Origin: an uncultured bacterium
GTDB lineage: Bacteria; Patescibacteriota; Minisyncoccia; Moranbacterales; GWC2-37-73
Assembly (NCBI GenBank): GCA_903851135.1
Contig: CAINNK010000021.1
Span: 441 to 64,440, forward strand
Direction: 5' to 3'
Length of the DNA stretch: 64,000 nt
The position numbers and the translations under genes were made by a program. Under the pieces are notes generated by a model. It was not told where the DNA came from. It saw only the letters and a program-made list of their open reading frames with translations, and searched no databases. Of the stretch, positions 55,660 to 64,000 are shown piece by piece. The stretch's first letter is position 1. Each line of letters starts with the position of its first letter.

Positions 55660-56532
55660 CTACAGGTTTTTCAATTTCAAGACAACCTCTTCAATAATCC
55701 AGGCTGGCGTTGAAGCGCCAGCAGCAACCGCCACGGTTTTTTTGTTTTCAAACCAGACCGCTTCCAATTGCTCAGCGTTTTGAACAAAATATGAATTTTT
55801 GTTCACTCGCTTGGCAACTTCAAAAAGTCGGTTGGAATTTGAACTGTTCGGATCGCCAATTACAATCACAACCTCATTTTTTGCAGCCAATTGATTGATT
55901 TCGCTTTGACGATCATGTGTCGCCAAACAAATTGAATCCAGAATTTGAGCCTTGGGATATTTTTTCAAAATGGCCTGATTGGCAAACTCAACAAATTCCT
56001 GATCCTGCGTCGTTTGAGACAAAACCGCAATTTCCCTGTCAGGATCTAAATTCAAGTCAGTCAAATCTTTTGCGGTTTCAACGAAAATAGCACTTTCGCC
56101 GCCCCACTGAAAAATCCCCACCACTTCTTTGTGATTCTTTTCACCGATAATGACAATCTGCACATTTTTCTCAAAAAAAATTTTCGCCAACCTTTGCACT
56201 TTGATGACACGTGGACAAGTTGTGTCAACCAAGTCAATTTGATATTTTTTGGCCAGCCCATAAATCCTTGGCCCTGTTCCATGAGCCGTGATAACCAAGG
56301 TCCCAATTTGATTTTCATTTTTTTCAAAAAAGTCTTCCAATTTTCCTTCGACGCTTATTTTCTTCACGCCCAAGCTTTCAATCTTGGCCACCACTTCCTC
56401 ATTATGCACCAAAGAGCCCAACACAAAAATCGGTTTTTTCACCTTTGGATCACTGGCAATTTTTTCCACCATTTCATAGGCTCGCTGCACTCCTTCACAG
56501 AAGCCAGCATATTTGCTTAAGGTTATTTTCAT
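55660..56532 (-). CDS. ispH: 4-hydroxy-3-methylbut-2-enyl diphosphate reductase
   Basis: GFCEGVQRA, HNEEV and TTCPRV motifs with conserved Cys. Confidence 0.85.
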   Translation of the reverse strand: MKITLSKYAGFCEGVQRAYEMVEKIASDPKVKKPIFVLGSLVHNEEVVAKIESLGVKKISVEGKLEDFFEKNENQIGTLVITAHGTGPRIYGLAKKYQIDLVDTTCPRVIKVQRLAKIFFEKNVQIVIIGEKNHKEVVGIFQWGGESAIFVETAKDLTDLNLDPDREIAVLSQTTQDQEFVEFANQAILKKYPKAQILDSICLATHDRQSEINQLAAKNEVVIVIGDPNSSNSNRLFEVAKRVNKNSYFVQNAEQLEAVWFENKKTVAVAAGASTPAWIIEEVVLKLKNL

Positions 56533-56619
56533 ATATCTGATACGAATCTACGAAAATTGAAAAACACCACGCATTCGTGTAAATTTGCAATTATTGCATT
56601 CGCATATATTAGCATATAA

Positions 56620-57429
56620 TTAGCTGCTTGCACTCGAATAATGCCTGAGGGAAAATTTCCAGAACCAACGCGCTAGCACAAAAAAAACAGCAGCTACCAA
56701 AAAGGAAAGTCCGAAAAATTGCCAATCAACTGCCCTCCAAGTCAACATTTTAGCTGGCACCGTGGCTACAAAAGCCAACGGAATCACAAAAGTAAAAAAT
56801 GCTCGCAAAATTTTTTGAGAATAAATATCAGTTGGATATTGAGAATTATCAAACAACTTGTCCATCAAGAGCCACAAACTTGTCACTTCAATAATCCAAA
56901 AACCGGCGCATCGCACAATCAAATTAACACTATACATAATAATCACGCCATTTAACAAAGTCAACAAAAATAAAAACAGCTGCAAAGAAGTTATGCCAGC
57001 AATATTTTCCGCCACCAAAAAAAGCAAACAAACACCAGTGATAATCCTGACGACATCTTCTAAATCACCTCTCCAAAAAGAAACAAAAAATTGAGTATCA
57101 ATAGGTTTAAGTAAAATACCGTCTAAAGAACCATCTTTGATTTGCAGACTAAGCGAATTTAAGTTAGCAAAAAGAATCCACGCAAGTCCCTCCATGATCA
57201 TGTAAGTTCCAACAATTGCCAACACCTGATAGAATGTCCAACCCGCTAAAGAAGTAATGTAATTGAAATTTATTTTAATAAAAAGCACATGCAAAAACAT
57301 GACGAGCAGTATGGTGGCCAACAAGTTTAAAAAAGACATTGGATATGCCATTTTTTTCATTAAATTAAATTTTTGCAAATGCAAAAAAATCTGAAAATAT
57401 TTTTTCAAACTAGATGCCATAACTTTCAT
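56620..57429 (-). CDS. ABC-2 family transporter permease
   Basis: 6 TM helices; operon with the upstream ATPase. Confidence 0.6.
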   Translation of the reverse strand: MKVMASSLKKYFQIFLHLQKFNLMKKMAYPMSFLNLLATILLVMFLHVLFIKINFNYITSLAGWTFYQVLAIVGTYMIMEGLAWILFANLNSLSLQIKDGSLDGILLKPIDTQFFVSFWRGDLEDVVRIITGVCLLFLVAENIAGITSLQLFLFLLTLLNGVIIMYSVNLIVRCAGFWIIEVTSLWLLMDKLFDNSQYPTDIYSQKILRAFFTFVIPLAFVATVPAKMLTWRAVDWQFFGLSFLVAAVFFVLARWFWKFSLRHYSSASS

Positions 57430-58201
57430 ATCTCTTAACTCCTCTTAAATATAAAAACAAACTAAGCAAAGAAAGGCCCACGCACCAAATCAATGGAATC
57501 AAAATTATCGACCAATCAAAACTCAAGCGTCCAGTCACAAAACTGACCGGCACAAAAAACAAAAACTTAAACGGCGACCATTGGCTAACCACCAATAACC
57601 ATCTTGGCATCAAATCAAGCGGCAGCAGTGTCCCCTGCATGAAGCTAACGATTGTGAAAAAAGTATAAAGTGGCCCATGATAGTCAACAGTCCAAAAAGA
57701 AATAACTCCAGCAATAAAATAAATCAAAAAGTAAAGCACGAAACTAACCAAGGCAATAGCTGCAAAAATCACATAAGTCATCATGCTCTCTGCTCGCGTC
57801 AAATAATTTCTCAACAAGAAAACAGCCACCAAAAGAGGAGGAACAAAAATTATCAAACGATAAGTGAGCCCACCGACTGCTTGCGCAAATTTATATTTCA
57901 AATAATTAATTGGCTTGAGTATGCTACCAATAATCTGTCCATTTTTAATCTCTTCACCTATTCCCCAGGAAACATCAAGGCTCATAATTAAAAGTTCAAA
58001 AATTGCCACAAAAACATAATAAGTGATAATTTGAGCCAGTGAATAATTCCCTATTTGATTACCTTGTCCGTAAATTGTTGTCCAAAGAAAAAAAAGCACT
58101 ATAAAAGAAAAGGACGTTGCCAGCATACGAATGAAAGTGTCAGCTCGATAAGCCAAACTTTTTTTCATACTATTTGTAATAGTCGCCAAATATTTACCCA
58201 T
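57410..58201 (-). CDS. ABC-2 family transporter permease
   Basis: 6 TM helices; overlaps the downstream permease by 20 nt. Confidence 0.6.
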   Translation of the reverse strand: MGKYLATITNSMKKSLAYRADTFIRMLATSFSFIVLFFLWTTIYGQGNQIGNYSLAQIITYYVFVAIFELLIMSLDVSWGIGEEIKNGQIIGSILKPINYLKYKFAQAVGGLTYRLIIFVPPLLVAVFLLRNYLTRAESMMTYVIFAAIALVSFVLYFLIYFIAGVISFWTVDYHGPLYTFFTIVSFMQGTLLPLDLMPRWLLVVSQWSPFKFLFFVPVSFVTGRLSFDWSIILIPLIWCVGLSLLSLFLYLRGVKRYESYGI

Positions 58202-58211
58202 AATTAACTGT

Positions 58212-58259
58212 GCAACTTGGAGGCTAAGCCTCCTATAGGAGGCTTAGCCTCCAAGTTGC
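58212..58259. repeat. Perfect 48-bp GC-rich palindrome gcaacttggaggctaagcctcc-tata-ggaggcttagcctccaagttgc in the ATPase-permease intercistronic gap (REP-like)
   Basis: 22-bp arms are exact reverse complements; core ggaggc..gcctcc resembles the hairpin at 24780-24814. Confidence 0.85.
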
Positions 58260-58269
58260 CATCCTTTAT

Positions 58270-59127
58270 TTATTTCGTAAAAATATGTCTAATAATATTT
58301 TCAATATCTTCTTCATCGATTTCCAAATCTCCAACTTCAAAATCACTAGCCAGAATTTTGCCTGTCACATTTTTCACTTCACTGCGAGGAACTTCAAAAC
58401 AAACCTTAGTTGGCTCAAATTCAACAACCTTGCCAAATTCTTCAGCCTGCTTGCGAGAAATTTCTTGCTCGAAATATATTGTGACCTTTTTGTTTGGTGC
58501 ATATTTCGCAATCAAATCCTCCAGTTGCCCATCATAAACAATCTTTCCCAAATCAATAATTACAATCCGCCTGCAAAGCTGGGCGATATCTTCCATATAA
58601 TGGGAAGTCAAAATAATCGTGGTTTTTCTTTCTTTGTTGTATTTTTTGATAAAGTCTCGAATCTTTTTTTGCGCTACCACATCCAAGCCAATAGTTGGCT
58701 CATCCAAAAATAAAACCTCTGGATTGTGCAGCAAGGCTGCAATCAATTCACATTTCATGCGCTCGCCCAAAGAAAGTTGGCGCACTTGTTTGTTGACGAT
58801 TTCACCCACATCCAAGAGCTTAATCATTTCAGAGAGATTTTTTTCAAAGTCTTCATCGCTAACTTCATAGATTTTTTTGTTAAGCAAAAAACTTTCCATC
58901 GCTGGCAAGTCCCACCAAAGTTGCATCTTTTGACCCATCACAAAAGCAAATTGCATTTGATATTCTTTTTGCCGTTTGATTGGCTCATATCCCAGCACGC
59001 TCACTTTTCCGGAGGTTGGAGTCAGAATTCCAGAAAGCATTTTGAGCGTCGTGGTTTTCCCAGCGCCATTTGGACCCAAAAAACCAACCAATTCACCTTT
59101 TTCAATTTCAAAACTTACATTTTTCAC
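58270..59127 (-). CDS. ABC transporter ATP-binding protein
   Basis: Walker A GPNGAGKTT, signature LSLGERMK, Walker B LFLDEPT; preceded by AAGGAGG RBS. Confidence 0.85.
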   Translation of the reverse strand: MKNVSFEIEKGELVGFLGPNGAGKTTTLKMLSGILTPTSGKVSVLGYEPIKRQKEYQMQFAFVMGQKMQLWWDLPAMESFLLNKKIYEVSDEDFEKNLSEMIKLLDVGEIVNKQVRQLSLGERMKCELIAALLHNPEVLFLDEPTIGLDVVAQKKIRDFIKKYNKERKTTIILTSHYMEDIAQLCRRIVIIDLGKIVYDGQLEDLIAKYAPNKKVTIYFEQEISRKQAEEFGKVVEFEPTKVCFEVPRSEVKNVTGKILASDFEVGDLEIDEEDIENIIRHIFTK

Positions 59128-59270
59128 CGCCTCCTTTTGTTTTTTTCAGCCTTAAAAAGATTCAAAAAAGAATTTTTTAAACCCGGCTTTTTCTCAACAT
59201 ATTCATACGTCTTGCAAAGATTTTTAACTTCAATGATTGGTTTTATTTTCATACAACCGATACGAAACTA

Positions 59271-59347
59271 CCTGCCCGCAATGCTTAAAGCATTGCGATA
59301 CCCACCCGCATCACTACGTGAAACGTTTTGGGCGGGCAGGCGGGCGA
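59271..59347. other. GC-rich structured element: cctgcccgc-[gcaatgctt-aa-agcattgc]-...-gggcgggcagg nested inverted repeats, between proS and the ABC ATPase
   Basis: Palindrome gcaatgcttaaagcattgc flanked by the complementary cctgcccgc / gcgggcagg. Confidence 0.35.
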
Positions 59348-59429
59348 ATTAAATACGAATCTAATCTACGAATTTTTCGGCAAATACTATCATGCTCGAT
59401 AGTGTGATAATATTTGCTTTTAAGCAAAT

Positions 59430-60680
59430 TTATTTCTTCAGTAAACTAATCAGATCTTTAATTGCAATAATCTCATTTGCCTGCTCACTGCGTTTTTTCA
59501 GTTCCACTCCGCCCGCTTCTAAAGATTTTTTGCTAATAACAACCCGATAGGGAATCCCAATCAAATCGCTGCCGGCAAATTTTTCGCCAGCGCTTACATC
59601 GCGATCATCAAACAAGACTTCCACTCCAGCCGCAGAAAGATCTGCATAAATTTTTTCCGCTTGTTCATCTTGTCCAAGACTCACCAAATGAACTGCAAAC
59701 GGTGCAATACTTGCTGGCCACATCAAACCTTTTTCATCTGCAAAAAGCTCCGCTATTACGCCCATCAACCGACTGACTCCGATTCCATAACAACCCATAA
59801 TTATGGACTTTTTCTCACCTTTTTCATCGTTGTAATATAAATCAAGAGCATCAGTATATTTCGACTCAAGATGAAAAGTGTTGCCAACCTCAACACCTTT
59901 TTTCTGCACAAGCTTCTTACGTTCAAGTCCAAGTTTTGCCAAATTTTCATCTGTCAAAATCTCTTCATTAATAGCAATTTTTTTGTCTTCATCCACATAA
60001 ATATTGTCTTCGCCAACCTCGCTTAGAGTTTGAAACTCGTCACTGAAACGCGGAGTGAAAATTCCACCATCAGCATAAGTTCGATAGGTAATGTCGCCCA
60101 AACCTAAACGAGTATAAACTTTGAAATAAGCTGCCACAATTTTTTCATATTCTTCTTCGTGTTGCTTTTGATCACGACAAAAAGTATACATATCTTTCAT
60201 CAAAAATTCGCGTCCCCGCAAAAGCCCACTTTTGGCTCTAAGTTCATTGCGAAATTTGTTTTGAATCTGATAAACCGCAAAAGGCATATCTTTGTAAGAA
60301 CTAACATAATTACTGACAGCATCTACAATTGGTTCTTCGTGAGTTAAGCCCACTCCAAGTTCAGTTCCGTTCACAAGTTTGGTTTTGAACCAATTGTCTA
60401 CTTTAGCATCACTCCAGCGATCAGTTTTCTCCCAAATATCCTTGGGCTGCAAAGTCGTCATCAACACCTCTTGTCCGCCCACGCCATTCATTTCTTCGCG
60501 CACGATTCTCTTGATATTTTCAATCACTCGAAGTCCTAGAGGCATATAAGCATAAACGCCAGCCATTTCTTTATGAATAAAACCAGCTTGAATCAAAAGT
60601 TGTGCATTTTTGGAAACCTCATCAGCTGGAACCGTTTTGCTAGTTTTGGTAAATAATCTTGATTGTTTCATATTGTTCAC
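59430..60680 (-). CDS. proS: Prolyl-tRNA synthetase, short bacterial form lacking an editing domain
   Basis: Class II motifs (FRNELRAKSGLLRGREF; GCYGIGVSRL); C-terminal anticodon-binding domain. Confidence 0.85.
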   Translation of the reverse strand: MNNMKQSRLFTKTSKTVPADEVSKNAQLLIQAGFIHKEMAGVYAYMPLGLRVIENIKRIVREEMNGVGGQEVLMTTLQPKDIWEKTDRWSDAKVDNWFKTKLVNGTELGVGLTHEEPIVDAVSNYVSSYKDMPFAVYQIQNKFRNELRAKSGLLRGREFLMKDMYTFCRDQKQHEEEYEKIVAAYFKVYTRLGLGDITYRTYADGGIFTPRFSDEFQTLSEVGEDNIYVDEDKKIAINEEILTDENLAKLGLERKKLVQKKGVEVGNTFHLESKYTDALDLYYNDEKGEKKSIIMGCYGIGVSRLMGVIAELFADEKGLMWPASIAPFAVHLVSLGQDEQAEKIYADLSAAGVEVLFDDRDVSAGEKFAGSDLIGIPYRVVISKKSLEAGGVELKKRSEQANEIIAIKDLISLLKK

Positions 60681-60777
60681 TTTAAAATTATATTGTTAGT
60701 ATATCCTCATTTAACCTAAAAATCAACAAAAAAACAGCTCCGAGCTGTTTAAAATTTTCATCTAAAAAAATATTATA

Positions 60778-61038
60778 TTAAGCTAATTTCGAAAAAACTA
60801 GCTTTTCCAATTTAATTGTGCGATTTTCTAGTTTTGCAAACTCATCATAAGAAACTTTGCGTTTCAAATCATGTTTAATATCTGTAAGATCATCTTGAAT
60901 TTGATCCAATCTTCGCACGACATCGCCATATTGTTCGGAAACAACCGCAATACCATCATTCATGCTTTCCAGCATCGACATAACTTCTCCGAAACCATAA
61001 GCTTTTTTAGTTGTGTTTTTTGCTTGTTTCTTCATGTT
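60778..61038 (-). CDS. Hypothetical 86-aa coiled-coil protein; the ORF-track N-terminus overlaps the HIT gene and is rejected
   Basis: Internal Met MKKQAKNTTKK; heptad-like C-terminus. Confidence 0.3.
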   Translation of the reverse strand, partial: NMKKQAKNTTKKAYGFGEVMSMLESMNDGIAVVSEQYGDVVRRLDQIQDDLTDIKHDLKRKVSYDEFAKLENRTIKLEKLVFSKLA

Positions 61039-61078
61039 TTTAATTTTACTCTTTTTTTCTTTTCTGTCAAAAAAGCAA

Positions 61079-61531
61079 TTACCCTCGGATTTTCTCCGCC
61101 AACTTTTCCAACTCACCATCATCGGCTCTTTTGAAATCATGCGAGGAAACATAGCCTTCATATTTTTCAAAATATTTTTCCACGTCAGAATTTGCTTGCT
61201 CCCAGTTTTCTTTTTTGGTGCCGTGCATAGGAAAAAGTTTGGCGTGCACGTGGTCAACTCCAAAGCCTTCAAAAATCATAGCGGTGCGCCCAACATCTTC
61301 AAACTTTTTGTCCAGAAGCTTGGCCACTTTGCCAGCTGTTTCAATCAAATCCGTGCGAACTTTCTGAGGTAAATCAAAAACATAACTCGAATAATGTTTC
61401 TTTGGAATCACCACCGAAAAACCTTCCGTGTTGGGAAAAATCGAAAGAAAGGCCAAGTGATTTTCATCCTCCCAAATTTTGTGACACGGAACTGTCCCTG
61501 CGACAATTTTGCAAAAAATACAATCAGGCAT
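61079..61531 (-). CDS. HIT-family (histidine triad) nucleotide hydrolase
   Basis: CIFCKI zinc-binding start and the histidine triad DHVHAKL. Confidence 0.8.
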   Translation of the reverse strand: MPDCIFCKIVAGTVPCHKIWEDENHLAFLSIFPNTEGFSVVIPKKHYSSYVFDLPQKVRTDLIETAGKVAKLLDKKFEDVGRTAMIFEGFGVDHVHAKLFPMHGTKKENWEQANSDVEKYFEKYEGYVSSHDFKRADDGELEKLAEKIRG

Positions 61532-61558
61532 ATAAGTTATAAAGTTAAAAGTAATGAC

Positions 61559-63235
61559 TTACTCCGCGTGTTCAGTGGGAATTTCAATAATAAATCGACT
61601 GCCCAAACCTGCGCCATCGGACTCAACCCAAACTTGTCCATTATGGTTTTGCGCAATCGCCTTGCCAACATAAAGACCCAGACCGGTGCCACCGACATGG
61701 AGACGTGAGACATCTTTGCCACGAGAAAACTTTCGGAAAAGATAAGGGATTTCTTCCTTTGAAACTCCAATTCCCGTGTCAGAAACTGTGATACGAATCA
61801 TTTTGCCAAACTGTGATTTTTTGTCGGCAATCACAAAACCATTTTCATCAATAACCACTCCCTCATCTCTGACTTCGGCTTTGATGGTGACTCCACCTTT
61901 TTCTGTGTACTTCAAAGCATTATCAACAAAATTTGAAACCAACTCTCGAATTTTGAACTGATCCATCATAATTTCAGGCATTGGCGTTTCCGGTAATTTC
62001 AATTCCAAATAAAATTTCTTCTCCTTTGCGCTCAAGATGAAATTATCATAAAGCTCCTTTAAAAGTTTTCCAATATTTGCCTTTTCAAACACAAAATTCA
62101 TCCTTCCAGATTCAATACGCGAAACATTCAAGAGGTCTTCAATGAGCGCAACCAATCGCTCACTGGAAATATAGACTTTTTCAAGCGCCCCTTGAACGCC
62201 TGCACCAATCTCACCGTAAGATCCTTCCAAAATTAGCGAAACAAAACCCTTAACGGCGGTGATTGGAGTTCTGAGTTGATGTGAAGCAATTGAAATGAAT
62301 TCCGTCTTAGCATTGTCCAGTTTTCGCAGCTGGTCATTGGCACTCGCCAGACTATCCGCCATCAATTGAAGTTGCTCTTTTCTTTGAACTTCAAACTTAA
62401 CAGATTTTATAAGGAAAACACCAAATATAATTGAAAAAATCAAAATAAGAGTAGTTAATAAATATGAGTCAAGGCTGTTTGCTAGGAAATATTCAGAACC
62501 AATAAGTAACCAAATAGAATAAGTAAGAGCCTGTGCCGCAATAAGTTTTATATCTAACAGTTGATATCTAACCATAGAATATGCCAATATGGAAACAAAA
62601 ATAACTATACCAACTGGTGTCAGCATATAAAAATAATCAGAAGAGGAAAAGTTAACAAGCAACACTACAGAAAAAAACCATAGAACTACAAATGTGAGAC
62701 TGGCTGCTATGAGTTTTATTTGTTTAACAGCTTTGTCATCATGACCCTTTCTTTCATTATAAAAATTTTTCAGCACTCCAACAGAAATGCTCAGAAATAA
62801 TATACTCACAATAAAGACATACTTAATCAGTGGTCCATAGGAAGCTGAACACGTATTTTGATCATATATATAGGCATTATAATCAGTAAACAAAAGTAAT
62901 ATAATAGGCAAGAAAGGTATCGACAATATGATTTTTTTCAACCGGGAAATACTTCTGCCAGTAAATTCCACAATAAAACAAAAGAATGGCAGAATGGAAA
63001 CAGATGTAAGTAAAGCAAGCCTTGTAAAAAAAAGGTTTATTCGCGGATCAAAAAATTCCCAGCCACCAATATCTGAAATTATCCAGAGGCATAGAAACAT
63101 CGTAGAAAGGAAAAGATACCTATTAGCATTATTCTTTCTGTCGGAAAACAAAACTATAAAGCCTATCGTCAAACTCAACAATAATGCAGGAACATGGGTT
63201 ACAAAAAGAAGATTAGGAACTCCGAATTGACACAT
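61559..63235 (-). CDS. Sensor histidine kinase with an N-terminal multi-TM (about 7-8 helix) sensor domain
   Basis: H-box SHQLRTPITAVKGF, N/G1/G2 boxes (DTGIGV, GGTGLGL). Confidence 0.8.
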   Translation of the reverse strand: MCQFGVPNLLFVTHVPALLLSLTIGFIVLFSDRKNNANRYLFLSTMFLCLWIISDIGGWEFFDPRINLFFTRLALLTSVSILPFFCFIVEFTGRSISRLKKIILSIPFLPIILLLFTDYNAYIYDQNTCSASYGPLIKYVFIVSILFLSISVGVLKNFYNERKGHDDKAVKQIKLIAASLTFVVLWFFSVVLLVNFSSSDYFYMLTPVGIVIFVSILAYSMVRYQLLDIKLIAAQALTYSIWLLIGSEYFLANSLDSYLLTTLILIFSIIFGVFLIKSVKFEVQRKEQLQLMADSLASANDQLRKLDNAKTEFISIASHQLRTPITAVKGFVSLILEGSYGEIGAGVQGALEKVYISSERLVALIEDLLNVSRIESGRMNFVFEKANIGKLLKELYDNFILSAKEKKFYLELKLPETPMPEIMMDQFKIRELVSNFVDNALKYTEKGGVTIKAEVRDEGVVIDENGFVIADKKSQFGKMIRITVSDTGIGVSKEEIPYLFRKFSRGKDVSRLHVGGTGLGLYVGKAIAQNHNGQVWVESDGAGLGSRFIIEIPTEHAE

Positions 63236-63467
63236 ATTTTTAAATTATTTATGTATTTTTTAAAAAGTTAACCAATACAAACCATCAATTAAAGCTTAAA
63301 TAATAGCAATATTATTAAAAGAAAAAATATTATCTTTAATAATTATACCACTTTAAAACAAATGCTTCAATAGATTAGCCTCGATGCTTACAAAATAAGA
63401 TTCAATAAAAGTTAACATTATGAAAAACAAATCAACAAAAAACAGGATAATAACTATTTATTAGTTA

Positions 63468-63974
63468 TTATCCTGTTATTATATCCCTACGACATTTTCC
63501 AGCTATGTAGTCTACTGGACCATCTATGTTCCATGGCCATTTTTCAATGCGACGAACGATATTTTCATTATGTTTAAAATATCTTTTTATCACATCGCTA
63601 AGACCACTGTCTGCACGTGCATGCATGGAAAAATAATTTATTCCCATCTTTGCAGCCTCAGAAACAAAGACTTGCATCATACGAAAGAAGCTTCTTCCAC
63701 CAGCAAGGCTCCCTGTAAGTTCTGGCGACATCTCAATTGTTTCTACATAGAAACAATTCTCCTTTTCCTCCATAAGTGGATCTTCCACAATAAGATCCTC
63801 TCTCGCAACGTTATGCGGTGTTGCAAGCAAAAATCCAAGCAAATTTTCGCCATCCAGAAGGACAACAACTAAATTCTTTGGATCAATTATGGATTCAGCA
63901 TAATAGGAGATATCTGCGTATTCGTTCCAACCACTAGGAAAAGCTTTCCTGCGCAATTCCATCAATTGATTCAA
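63468..63974 (-). CDS. Hypothetical protein, possibly a GNAT-fold acetyltransferase
   Basis: ORF; weak resemblance to the acetyl-CoA-binding beta-alpha motif. Confidence 0.3.
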   Translation of the reverse strand: MNQLMELRRKAFPSGWNEYADISYYAESIIDPKNLVVVLLDGENLLGFLLATPHNVAREDLIVEDPLMEEKENCFYVETIEMSPELTGSLAGGRSFFRMMQVFVSEAAKMGINYFSMHARADSGLSDVIKRYFKHNENIVRRIEKWPWNIDGPVDYIAGKCRRDIITG

Positions 63975-64000
63975 TATAGAATCATTGGGTTCCCTAAGAA

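Noticed and set aside
60778-61272. Full 164-aa ORF as given by the track
   Set aside because: The N-terminal 78 codons overlap the HIT gene at 61079..61531 in another frame; only the portion from the internal Met at 61038 is retained.

Overview
This is a 64-kb low-GC window from what looks like a small-genome, fermentative bacterium. I guess Patescibacteria/CPR-like, based on N-terminally extended S9 and S11, a pyruvate:ferredoxin oxidoreductase operon beside an ADP-forming acetyl-CoA synthetase, and heavy intergenic repeat load. Almost every gene is on the minus strand.

Recognisable content, in window order:
- an uncharacterised acidic tandem-repeat protein gene pair running off the 5' edge
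- porG-porD-porA-[GxxExxY]-porB
- a YknXYZ/MacAB-like efflux set: HlyD adaptor, ATPase and two FtsX permeases
- rnhA, a very large beta-helix surface protein, a GT4 glycosyltransferase, recJ, and a REC-zinc-ribbon regulator
- ADP-forming acetyl-CoA synthetase and dnaJ with a CIRCE operator
- the ribosomal alpha-operon block: infA-rpmJ-rpsM-rpsK-rpsD-rpoA-rplQ-rplM-rpsI
- ftsA, a PfkB kinase, eno, pgk, mraY, a D-Ala-D-Ala carboxypeptidase, scpAB and an MFS transporter
- aspS followed by a stand-alone AspRS-anticodon-domain paralog
- a REC-REC protein, ispH, an ABC-2 transporter, proS, a HIT protein, a sensor histidine kinase and a GNAT-like gene

The most unusual content is non-coding:
- at least six families of intergenic repeats; one is MITE-like with 5 copies and a nested GC-rich double-hairpin core
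- GC-rich perfect palindromes, including a 32-bp one sitting in-frame inside porB
- duplicated about 100-nt leaders that abut start codons
- two plus-strand islands, each with a consensus sigma70 promoter, a small hydrophobic ORF, a terminator and a shared 43-bp repeat

No rRNA, tRNA or CRISPR was detected. All calls come from reading the sequence and ORF translations; no database searches were run.
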